DNA from: Schmidtea polychroa
Taxonomy: Eukaryota
Direction: 5' to 3'
NCBI GenBank assembly: GCA_044892525.1
Contig: CM097886.1
Location: forward strand, 130,944,001-131,008,000
DNA length: 64,000 bases
In this document: positions 12,260 through 36,882 of the stretch, piece after piece
Position numbering within the stretch: the stretch's first letter is position 1
Layout of the letters: the number at the start of each line of letters is the position of its first letter
The notes under the pieces: generated by a model
Databases searched by the model: none
Told to the model about the DNA's origin: nothing
What the model saw: the letters and a program-made list of their open reading frames with translations, nothing else
Program-made: the position numbers and the translations under genes

Positions 12260-15200
12260 CCCTAAATACCCCTCGTATCTTAAAAGGTACAACCATTAAA
12301 ATCCATATTTCTAAGTAAATATTCAAAATTTCCCGCGCAAACTAATTTTATGAAGCGCAGCTAACTTAATTCTATTTTGAAATGTCATATATGATGTAAT
12401 CGTTGTTTTAGTATTTGAAGGAATTAATGTTTAAGTGTACATTATAATTTTTAATAAAATAGTCAAATCAATTTTGTGTGGTAATATCGTCAAAACTAAT
12501 CAAAACAAAGGTCATCAAAACATACAGATTAGACCAATAGTGTTAAATATGGCAAGCTGTGATATGTTTATAAAATATTTTGAGTAAGTTGTTCATTATG
12601 TGCAAATAAATGGTTATCTTTTTAATACACTGGGTATTCTGAACACATTAATGTTTCATGTATAAGTTGTTATGATTTGTTGATTTTGCCTTACAGATTA
12701 GCAACTGTAATCAAATATAATGGTCGTACAGCTACGAAAGATGAGTTTGAAACACTAATATTTGATTGTTATGATAGCACCAACGATTTGGATGAAGATA
12801 GAGATGAATTTTCCACTACAAGTTTCCACATGCATTCGCAAGACATGCAAGAAAACCTGTCTATCATTCAGTGTATCGTTAACAATGAAGATGTTCCAGA
12901 AAGTACAACTAGTGTCAACCATAATCGAATCAGTTCCATTCAGTTTTTCTGAACAATCGGCAATATCAAATCCTGATTCATAATGCTCATTTCCGTATGA
13001 ATTTTGAAATGTCGTAGTTGATCCTACATCGAATACCCAGTAAAAATTCTGTGGAAAAGAAGCAATTGGGTGTACCATGAAGAAGACATCAAATTCCAAT
13101 GGAACCGTAGCATTCCGGAAATTTTGAAAAAACTTCAAAAATCGTTTTAAGTATGGTCATATTGTTGGGTTATTGAGTTGGTGATAAATTTAAATGTTAC
13201 CCTGACTCCAAGCGTGTCTTTGACTGATCCACAAATAACACTTGACAACAGAAATCTTTATTGGTAATCACAAATAAACTTTCACTTTACACTGGCAATG
13301 AATTCAACACTACGTATACAATGCTTATTACAACACTCGATGAGGAATATCACTTGTGTATAACACCGGATTGAAAAATCACTAACTACAGATTGGTTTA
13401 TCGACTGGGATTTTGAGCTGGTAGTTTTCTTTGACCTTCTTCACAAATTTATTCAAATACTCAAGTAACTTCTTTCCGTTTAATTTTCAACAAATTTTTT
13501 CTGAAATCATCTCCAATAATTATTCTTCACAATTATTTTTCACAAATCGTTTCTCCAATAACGTTTCGTTCAACGTTGTCTAATTTTTCCAATAATTTTC
13601 TCCCAAGTTTGTCTCCCAAATTGTCTCTTAAATTATCTCTCAAATAGTCTTCCAAATTATCTCCCAAATTTTTCTGAATTTGTGTCCACCAGTTTTCCTT
13701 TATATAGTTATTTTATTTGTGGTACTGGCGACAGATTCTGTTTTCCATTTTCCCTTTCCTCTACGTCAGCCTTATCTCTGACAGATATCAAGATATTTTT
13801 CACTTTTCCTTTTTTGTTAAGCCACCTTCTCTCGGCAATTCCGCTATCTTTGACAAGCTGTCAAGATACGGCTTTTTCCCATATTTTGTTTTTCTGGAAT
13901 TTGAAATTCCATCTTCATTTGCACTTCTTAATTAATAATGGCTTTGTTTTAATTTCTTGTTTGTTTTCTTTTCTGAGTTCCCATAGATCGTCCGGTTTGT
14001 CATGGCGATCTTCCATCCAGGTAATTTATTTATTTATTATGTTATTTTCATTTAGGTATCCTCAACAATATTTATTCCCTGAGTCCTTGGAAAAATTGAT
14101 TGTAGAAGAAACGAAAAAATATTCAGGAGATATTACTCGTTCCCATTTGATTTATTTGACTTGTGTAAGTTCATTGGAATTCTGTTTTACATGACATATT
14201 ATAATCTTCCAAATGTATGGGACTATCCATCAGATAAAAATGACTGCTGCGTAAACATTATAAAGCAGCAAATGTCCAGAGCCCGGTTTGAAAAAACCCG
14301 TCAGTATCTTTATTTCAATGACAAAAGTAAGACACCTGCTAAACACGACCCTGCTCACGATAGTCTTTATTTGCTTAGACCGGTAATAGATACAATGAAC
14401 TATACGTTTGAGAGTATTTCGAAATTGGAGAGGTTATCAGTTGATGAACAAATGTGCTCAGCAAAAATTGGACATTTCATGAAACAGTATTTGCCAAGTA
14501 AACCCAAGAAATGGGGTTTTAAACTTTTCAATTTATGTGACACATTGAGATTTGAAACTTTTACTGGACAGACTGGAAACACCATTCAAGATGAATCTGA
14601 TTTGCAATCCTCCGCCAATATTGTTGTAAGATTACTTCGAGCAGAGCTACGCTTTGAAAACTATATTATATTCTTTGACAACTATTTTGCAACCGTTTTT
14701 CATTTATTATATTTGAATACTCAAGGAATTCTTTCAAAAGCATCTTTCAATAGAAACTGTTTCATCGAATTGCAAATTACTGGAAGAAAAAGTGATGCTG
14801 AAATACGAACGAGGAATAGATGTGACATCCTTATCGTGCAAAGACAATCGTATCATCAATCCTATTTCCACATACGTTGGTACGTAACCACATTCAAATA
14901 ACCAGTGACAATCTCTACAACAAACTGTAAAATGATATGATAAAAAGACACAGGAATTGAAAATGATCCCTTTACCTGAGATAATAAAGGAGTATAATTG
15001 CCATATGGGTCGTGTGGACTTAATGGACAGTCTAATGTGACGACACCAAGATCACGATGAAAAGTCAAATGGACAAACAGGATCATCTTTCATGTTTCAG
15101 ACATGACGTTCGTTAAAGCATGGCTCTTGTATAAACGAATCATTGGAAACCAGTTGCATAACAGACATATGAAATTGATTGATTTCAAATGTGAATTAGC

Positions 15201-15693
15201 GGACACATTATTTTCTTTCATTACTGTCCAGGCTACAGAGAGTGCCTGTCCATCTATTGAACCTTTAATTCATGCAAAAAAGAAAAAACCCAAACGCGTC
15301 ATTGGCTCCACCTAGAGATATCAAATTGCATTCAATTGATCACTGGCCAACGTTAAATTCAAAAGAAAGATGCAAATTCCCCAATTGTTCTGGTAAAAAA
15401 AATGTTTTGCACTAAATGTAATTTAAATTTGTGTCTTAGATCTGACAATAATTGTTTTTATAATTACCATCATAATTAAATAATAATAAGTAGATGAATT
15501 ATCTAGGAAATAAATATTTAGAATTACTTATTATAGCAAACCTACATTTATTTCAATTGTATACTAAGAAAGGGAAATGCCCACTCTATCTCAAAAGACA
15601 GCCGATCTTTTGGCTTAAATAGTTAAAAGTTTAAAAATTAATATGCGTAAATATTCACAAAATTATATATTTTTCATCCTTGGGTATTCAAGG
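12260..15693 (+). mobile_element. piggyBac DNA transposon with a decayed transposase, interrupted by a solo LTR
   Basis: TTAA TSDs (12256-12259, 15694-15697) and TIRs CCCTAAATACCC / CCTTGAATACCC. PGBD motifs: MSRARFEKTRQYLYFND, LSVDEQM, QYLPSKPKKWGFKLF, IFFDNYF, and a C-terminal Cys-rich domain to ~15479. Frameshifts and stops are present. Confidence 0.9.
13163..14067 (-). mobile_element. Solo LTR (copy 2) nested in the piggyBac transposase
   Basis: TG...CA termini, 4-bp TSD ATAT (13159-13162, 14068-14071), and homology to 8424-9372. Confidence 0.85.
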
Positions 15694-16778
15694 TTAATCT
15701 TAATAATATTATTTTAGTTGTGCTTAAATTGTTTAGTGTAGGCATTTCGGGTTCAAAACGCTATAGAATAATATTTAAAAAACAAAAATTTTTCTCGATC
15801 ATCAACTTAATATAACCTACAGTTGATTAGAAAGTCTCTTAATGAAGGAAGGGATAAAATTTTCTTATATAAATTTGAATAAATCTAAGTTTTATATGGG
15901 TGGCATATACAATTTGTAAAATAAATCAAGTTTACTAAGAAAAATTTATTTACTTTATCAGATGACGATTTAAAATCAAGAGCTTTGGGTTTTATATTTT
16001 AAACTATTCTAATATTTACACTTTTGATAAAACTGTTATATTTATACCATTCAACCGAGAAAAATGCTCGTCAATTTATCCAGCTATTTTCATAATTCTA
16101 AAATACTTGCTAGATACTGATAAACTATTTATTGAGAAAAATTTAGTATTCACCAATACCTGAAAACTTCCAGGCTATTTGCAGCGAACAGACTTTAAAA
16201 TTTGTAGAAATTAAATAAATGAGTCTTTTCAAAGATAATTAAAATGATGATTTCATTAAAGATTTCAATATCTATTGGAAATGTATACATCAATAAATAA
16301 AACGATTCCTGGAAAATTGAAATCATTAAAAAATTTTCTTTTACTAAATAGTAATTATTAGTCTATTTCTCAGCAAAACAATCAAAATTATACTTATTAG
16401 ACAGGCATCAAAATTCTTTTTCCAAGAAATCAATGAGGTTAAAACTATACCAACCAAAATTATTCAATTTCACGAACAATTGCATACAAATATTGGCACG
16501 CTAAATAGTCGATCTCTCTGGTTCCAAATTGCTGTGATATCCACAAGTAAAAAAATTAAACATCATACAAACTTCATTATTAAAAAATATGCATTTGTGT
16601 GTAAATTATAATATATGAAGCTCCAAAACGATTGGGCCAAATTTCATTATCCAATCACAATATTGATAAAACCAATTTGTTAATAACATTATTATGCAGC
16701 ATAAAAAATCCGTATTCACGTCACCAAACAACATTCATAAAAATAAGAGAATAATTATATTAATAAATAACAATTCTG

Positions 16779-18173
16779 TTAGTAGTGTTTCTTGTCCCTC
16801 TTGTCCACAGGAGATCTCGATCTAAATGAAATGATTCAGATATAATTACAATCAATACAATCAAGGCACACTCGAATGACAAATCAATGCACCCGAAAAC
16901 AATTTCGCTATCCCATCTTTTTACCCCCCAGCGCGGCATTCGAGTGGGCCTCGACGAGTCGCAGTGGCCACAAAGCTGCCATAGCGACGAGAAATGAAAT
17001 ATTATTATCAATCGTGACAGGAAATCATCACGGGATAATAGCAATGACAAATCAATGAGACAAAACATTATCCTGAACACAGGATGTCAGAAGCAAACCT
17101 TGACCGTTCCATCTTCTGTTTTCGTTGTTTCCGTGAATCTACATTATCGAATCCGTTGTCGACTGGTTTTCTATTGATAACAAAAAACGTTATTAACAAA
17201 CAGTATACAGATGAAAATAAATTCACTTTGGCGAGGATGACGACGATGATGAATCACTTGAATCTGAAGAATCACTCGAAGATCCCGAAGAACTGGATGA
17301 TGCAGATGAATTAGACGATTGAGACTTGGCTCGTTTTGGAGGATTTATTTCATTGGGCTTGTTTGGTTGACTCCCGTCTGCATTATCATCTCCCCATAAA
17401 TCATATTTTGATAAATCTCCATTATCGCTATCTTCTTCAGCATCATCAACTTCATCCTCGCCATTGTCATCTTCATCTTCATTTTCATCATTTTTATCAT
17501 CATCGTTTTCATCAAAATCGTCTTGATTTAATATCTTTTCATTGACTTCCTCGACCTAAAATTTGTTAAATATCATCTTTCTAATCATTTTTCTAAGCAC
17601 TTTGTTATTTTCAATTTCTTGATTATTGTGTCCACGGTATTTTTTTTTCTTCATTCCAAACTGAAGAAAATTTCAATAATACTGCTACTCTTAACTTTTG
17701 ACTACCTCATCGTATTCATCGTCAGAATCATTACGATCGATATATTCGACAGCCTCTTCTCGTTCGTAAAATCCTCCGCCGTAACCAGTTCGCTGGCCTT
17801 GTGTATTCACTTTACTAGTATTACAAATATTACAAGCTGTTCTTCTAGCCCAATTTATATTCCCACAACTTTGAAAAGTCATACAAATAAAAATCGAAAA
17901 AGACAGTGGATTTACCTTTTGCACATCCAATCATCTGCACTAAATAGTCCCTTGCTCTTTTCTGCGATTACTTTACCGATTTCTATACCAACTTTAGTTA
18001 CATCTTTTTTCTTTTTACCGCATCTATTACACTTATCCCTTTTAGGAAAATTCATATTTCCACAGCTAAAAAAATAGCGAAATATACATAAATGTACTTG
18101 TAGACAAAAAAGATAATAACCTTTCATCAGGGCATAACCAATTGCCTTTAGTTAATGACGTTTTAGAAGACAT
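16779..18173 (-). CDS. ZRANB2: Zinc finger Ran-binding domain protein 2 (two RanBP2 fingers, acidic and Ser-rich tail)
   Basis: Exons 18173-18121, 18065-17916 and 17868-17706, then further exons to TAA at 16779. Translation includes WLCPDESCGNMNFPKRDKCNRCG, GLFSADDWMCK-CGNINWARRTACNIC, RTGYGGGFYERE and DEYDEFG. Some 3' junctions are approximate. Confidence 0.9.
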
Positions 18174-21100
18174 TTTACAAATTCAAATTTATTTTAAAAA
18201 TAAACATAAATATAAACAACTTAGAATTATATAAAAGTTGAAAAATCAAATCCATATCATATTTTATATTTATGATTTTATGATTTCACTCCAAACTAAA
18301 GAAAATTTCAAAAAATAGAGCTTATTTTATTCTTTGTATTTTTTAAAGTGCATTAAAAAATAAAAACAGTAGTAGCTCTCAAATATAGTAAAATAAAAAT
18401 AAAAATGATAAATTTATATTTCAAATAAATTAATATATTAAGTAAAATTTAAATAATTAATGTCGATAAAAGATAATATTAATACTTTTTAATACGTCTT
18501 TTGAAAAGTCAACAAAATCGTAAAGCCTTATGATTTGTATTGGCGTTAAGGGTAGATAAATTACGTATAGATAGAAAAACACCGAAATGATTTTTGAATT
18601 AATTTAGACATCATATACCCATTGTAACTTTGATACTATAACTTGAAACTATAACTTTGTAACGTTAATTGGCAAATGCTTTTTTCATATTTTATTCGCT
18701 TGTTTACTTCACTCATAATACTTTGACAACCAAATTAGTACTGTGTCATTATGGTTGAGTTTCTTATTTGGTTATTTGGTTAATTTGAACTCGAAACATT
18801 GTAGTTGTCCTAATACTGCCAAAGCAATTTTTTTAGTAATTACTCGGCACCCGTTGCTAGGCAAAATTATAAATGTACCACTAGTAAGTTGGTGTCTGCA
18901 ATAGTTAAACCCATATTTCAACAATGGTATTGTCTCGTCTTCACAAGCTACAGATTGAAGGTCAATGTTTCTGTTGGGTATTTATGTAAGTCAATGTCTG
19001 ACTCCTTGGTGTCTTTTTATAAAGTTAATCAAGAAATCCAACGCAACAATATTTATTCAAAATTACTACAATTACACTTTAATACAAATATTTCACTTTG
19101 CATCCGTTTTAGTAATACTTTTATTCTGCACAATTTTCAATATCTATTTTTCTATGGGTTAAGGATACTTCTTCAGTTAAAACTCAACTTAATTTGGCTA
19201 TTACTAAGTTTAAAATTGCCTCTAATTACTTTTGAATTTACCGAGTTCTTTCTTCGACTAACTGACTTGGCTGCTTCTTTTATTCTCATCCTATAATTAA
19301 ATTATCTCCCAATAAAATTGATTTTGCAATTTTTGGCATTCTTCTCAATGAGCTTTCCTATGCTTACCCAATTTGATTTCAATTTTGAGGTTTAAGGTTT
19401 CGGACAATTCATTCATTTTTGTGATAATTTTTTCCGAATTTAATTTACAGTCGAGTGTTTCAACCAGTCAGAGGAGGGAATGACTTCTCCCTCTGACTGG
19501 CTGTATGAATTCGGCCTCGCGTCTGTGTGCAATTGTGATGGTTATTGTCTCAGGTAGACAGACGCAGACGGGGTCAATTTTTTGTCGTTTTTATCGCGTC
19601 TGTGCGCGCGTGATTATTAAAATTGTTTTTCGTATTGGTATGCGCTCACAGGAGCGGAATATGTTTTTTTAAAGAATGCATTGGAATTCATTTAACTGGA
19701 GTTTTCGTTTAAATTGTTTTTGTTTAAAAGAACCTTTTAAAATATTAAAGTTTCAAAGAAAGAATGGCTCAAGATTATGATTAAAAAGAAGACAAAACTG
19801 GGTTTCGATTTAAAGAGTTGACTCGAGAACAAGCTTTATTGACTTATGAACTTGTAGTCATGGTAAACGATATAAATAAAGAATTTTCTCATTTTGATTT
19901 AATCAGTAGGGCTCCCAATTTTGCAAGACTTAATTAAATGATTCTTTTGATCAATCAAATTTTCTTAAACTGCTCAGGTTTCCTATTAGGTAATTAATTT
20001 TTAGTTAATCTTAGTTTTTTGTAAATATTTTCTTTGATTTTATTTTATTATATTTGAACTCGTCTCATTGTTTGACATCCGGTCATATTAGTTTCCCTCA
20101 GAAATATTAATTTATATAATTTTTCGATGTTTAAGTAATATTTTTGTAATTTAATGATTACTGTGCATTTGATTTTTCTTATTAATTTTAACATTAATTT
20201 TGTGCCAATTACATCGATCCCCAACGCTTCATTTTCACTGGCCCTTTTCGTTTTATTACCACATTAGAATTCATTTTTCGTCACCGTGGAATTTTATTAC
20301 TCTATCTTAAACATAAATCAAATAAATGAGAATTTAAATGAAAATATTAAGCCTGTTTAACTGGTTAGTTTGAAGTATTTGCTTAAAAATATATGCAGAG
20401 TTTTAGTCTGAAATGTGGAATGACGGATGCTTATACACAAGTTAAATAAAATTGCGATAAATTATTATTTTTGTTTAAAATTCCTTTTTAATTAAATAAT
20501 ATGTTGTTTATTTTTAGTTTCAATCGACAGTGCGAACCGTGAAGCAAATTGAACAAATATCTTCCATCAACAGTCCGCGTACCCGCAAGAAATTATCTAA
20601 TTATAGTTCACAAGAGAGAGCTCTTTTTTCAATCACATTCACCCATTTAAACATTACCAATGTTGTTTATTCAACGGATGTCAATTATTAGGGAAGCGTT
20701 GTATTTTGGTTAAGCTGGAAGCAGTACAGAGGGATATGATTTTGTTTATCTGAAACCCACCAATATAGAATTTCCAAGATTTCTATCATAATTTTCAAAT
20801 TTAATTTTATATGTCCTTTTTCATATACACCTAATTTTGAAATTTAACATAGTCTATAATCTTAAAGAAAATCAATAAATTTATAGTAAAAAAACACACA
20901 AACTTACATGTGTGTAAAAATTCAATGCTCCGAAAGTTAACATATTTATTATAGGAGTCGAAAAAGTGCCAGAAAAATAATTAAACATACCAATACAAAA
21001 ATACATTTATTATCACGTTTTTCCCGAAATTAAACATTGATTAACATATTGTTAACATATTAATATTTTCAAATTATTAAAAAATTATGCACAAAAAAAC

Positions 21101-22654
21101 TTTTGATTCAGAATCGAAATGATTTACCTAGATATCTCACTTATATTTTATCGAAATAATTCCGAATAAATTCATAAAATATTATAAAATTCCTAAAAAA
21201 CACCTGAAATTTAATTACCAATATTTTATATTATATATGCTGGCTAAAAGTAATTTTTAAGAACTTGAATAATGATCTCATAATTATTTAAAATCAAAAT
21301 TCAAGTCTTAAAAGTTACTTAAAATTAAAAAAACTTACCTGAAAACGATTTTTCAAAAATAAAGTTAAGTAATCATTTTCACATAAATGGTGACTCACCT
21401 CAACTGGTGTGCACACCTACGTGCATTATAAGCAATGTTTAATTTTGGAATTGGGTGTATATGTCCTTTTCGTTTTAAATTAAATTTAAATTTGTTTTTT
21501 TAATTATTTTATTAATGTGTTTTTCTTACTTTCAATTATTCGATGTGGCTGAAGTAACTTCAATTCACATTTGATGTTTGTGCAGTGCGTGTGTTATCGT
21601 CCTATTAGAAAATCATAAAGATCCTCGATTTTGATCCAACACTAGTCATCATACGTTAATTGGCAAATGCTTTTTTCATATTTTATTCGCTTGTTTACTT
21701 CACTCATAATACTTATTTTTACAAAAAAATCAATGTTTTTGCATCACCTAAACAATTCTTTATTTATCTTCTTAATCGTTTATATTTTATTATCATACTA
21801 ATTAGAAACAATCTTTATTTTAGATTCAATTGACTGGTAATCCACTAAAATCAAAACCACGCTCTTACTAAAAAGTAAACTTGTCCAACTGGTCGAACGA
21901 TTTATAGTAAGCCCTTCCTGAAGAAAACCACCACTTGACTTCTTGCATTTTAAATTCAACTAGAGAATTGGATTCTTTATGGAGACTTCATAACTATATT
22001 TACAATGTCATTAGAAAGTGATTTATTGAAAGAATTTGAACAAAACATTTTCTCATTACCGAAATTAATTGTGCTTAGTTTCTCTAACATATTATAGTCT
22101 GCTTAGAGTAACATTATTAATAACAACAATTAACGGAATATAAGAACCAGGCGTGACACCATCCAGGACAATTATTTCACCCAGAATCAATCAACTAGTA
22201 CAGTATCAACATTACTTTTATTTTCAAACACTAAAAACACAGCCTAGACATTAGAATAAGCTCTTTTTGTAGTAGATGCACCTTTTATCTTATTAGCTTC
22301 TTACCATTGTTGACCACCAAACCCTTTGTTTTTACTTAGTCTAATACAAGGTCTTTATTAACTTTAAAGTGCATATTTATTCAACACTTTTTATTGATTT
22401 TAAAATAATTTAAAAAGGATATTTTTCAAATATTGAAATATTTTTATATTTCAAATTAATAAAAACTTGATTTATTGATAAAAATAATTTTGAGTTAAGA
22501 ATAAATGTAACATATGTTTTATTTTTTAAATGTAATTTAAAACATTTATATTAATTGAATTTTTCTTTTATAAAAAATGAATTTTTAATAGTGTTTTAAT
22601 ATTCAGATAAAGCTAAATATTATACAAATTATTTAAATATATTATTTTTTTAAT

Positions 22655-34631
<11,977 letters not shown>

Positions 34632-34689
34632 ATAAATCAATATTTATTATTTTTGTCTGACTTGATTTTTTATAAATTTATCGATAAGT

Positions 34690-34812
34690 TCTCAATAAAT
34701 AAATTATCAATTAATTATCAATAAATTATCAATAAATTATCAATTAATTATCAATAAATTATCAATAAATTATCAATAAATTATCAATGAATTATCAATA
34801 AATTATCAATAG
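34690..34812. repeat. 11-bp tandem repeat (ATAAATTATCA)n
   Basis: Direct reading; lies just 3' of the GCN5 stop. Confidence 0.85.
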
Positions 34813-36276
34813 AAAGTTTACAATTTATTGATTTATATTGATATTTTTGTAATGTTAATAATTTATTGACATTTTATTCAATATAATAAACAGGAATTAA
34901 TAAGGTCCGATATTGGTGATTGGGTTCCAGAACCGCTGCCGATATTCAATGAAACTAATCAGAAACTTTATAATTTCGATACATATTAATATTTCGCTGA
35001 ATATTAATATTAATTAAGCTGAAATAAGGTTTGAATTTACTGACTAAATGTCTTTTTGTTTCCGGACTAGAAATGTGTTTTTGATATTGCCTTACTTAGT
35101 CTAAATTATTAAAGTTCTTGGCTGTACATCTATTATCTAAATCGGGTTTCCCAAACTATGTTCCGCGGAGGCTAAATAGATATTTCGCAAAAATTTGGAG
35201 TAAATTTAGAAGATTGAACACATTCTTCTTCATAATGAAAGACGAGCGACGGTTAAACTTCATTGAGTTCAAGAACAGGCGAAGATTTTTAGTACCTAGA
35301 AGTTGGGTACAGCAATAAAAGTCTTTAACAAGTGCCAATATTTTTTAATGCGGGAGAAAGACTAACTCATCCTGTGCGCATGAAAGAGAGGTGGTAGATG
35401 ATTCGCTGAAGTCTTGTTAGTATGATCTTCAGTGCGCGAAAGGACAGTTAGTTTTTTCGTGTTTACACATCGCCCGGAGGCCAACCTCACGCAATCCCGT
35501 CCAGAGGCACAACTCACATTACCCTCAATATCTTTATAGCTAACCAAACCAATCACAATGATCAAATTCATTAGGAGTTTTATTTATACTTTTATGAAAT
35601 ACCCAACCTAAAAAATAAGCTAATAACTTTCGGATTTGCCAAGTATTCCGTTACTGAAAAAGTTTGGTAAACCCAGATCTAAATATATTTAAATGCGTGC
35701 ATCAATTGTCATGCGTATTTATATATAAAATCAATTCATGTATCTGTGTCATTTATTCTTATGTAATGAGTCCCAGAACAAGTAAAAAAATTGCTTGCTA
35801 ATCCAATCTGGTGAAATTACGCAAAGGACTGCAATTGGGTTCATAATGAAATTTTCAGGATTTTTACAAATTCTGATTCGCATAATATTGACTCTACAAA
35901 TTAAATTATTTTCACAATCTTTTATACTCTCGATTTAATCACCACTTTAGTAAATCACAATTTTCAAATTTGAAACCTCAAGTTCAATAAACTTTTCTAT
36001 TCTGGCAACCTGAAAATAATTAATCGTGAGATATTTTCATTTTCCATGATTAATTAGTGATCCTTTAATTCTGATTAATTTGTTAGTCCAATTGCGAGAA
36101 AATCTATTTCTAATACCTAAATATGAAGTCAATTTCTTTGTCAATAGCTAGAAAAGAAATGGCTGTTTAAGCACAGATTAATTCCAAAACTCGAAATGCA
36201 ATTGAAGAATAATCAGTGGATATGATGGTGACCAATAATATTTTACAGGATTATCATTATTATATTAGCTTTAAAC

Positions 36277-36503
36277 CAGGGGTTCTTAACCTTTTCAAAC
36301 TTATGGACCCCATAAATATATAATTGGTACCGACGGACCCCTGAAATGTTAAAAAATTAATAAATTGATAGTAAAACACATACATTTTTTAATAGTTATT
36401 TATAAATCTGTTTATTCAGCTTCAAACAAAAATAATAGTTTTTTGTAAATAGTGTCGCGGACCAATTGGAACCCGTTCGCGGACCCAAGGTTAAGAACCA
36501 CTG
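36277..36503 (-). mobile_element. hAT-type MITE (second copy)
   Basis: Same TIRs and interior as 2003-2248 in reverse, with an 8-bp TSD CTTTAAAC. Confidence 0.9.
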
Positions 36504-36882
36504 CTTTAAACCAACAAATAAGGATATTTTAAATACTAATTAAAAAACTAAATAGTAACTTAATTAACAATAAAATTAAATAAAATTTTAGTAATTCCAT
36601 AAATTATTAGCTGCAAAAAATTATACTATTGAATTATGAAATTTAAAATATTTTTCAAAAAAAATATAAATTAAAAAAAATAAAATTATTTTATAAAAAA
36701 CAAAAAATAATTATTTAAATTAAATATTTTTCTAAAATATTTTAATTATAAAAAATATTAATTAAAAAATAAATTCAAAATAAAAAATTCAAATTATATT
36801 CTATCTCCAAGACATAACCAAAGACATAACATACATTTCAATCTAATAAATCATCACATTTAAGTAAATAACTCCTCGACAG

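Noticed and set aside
21714-22400. Decayed minus-strand coding-like sequence (possible LINE ORF1/RRM)
   Set aside because: Multiple stops and no diagnostic motif; the family cannot be assigned by eye.
35150-35560. hAT-like end (GGGTTTCCCAAACT) and GC-richer patch
   Set aside because: No second TIR, TSD or transposase motif was found, so it could not be supported.
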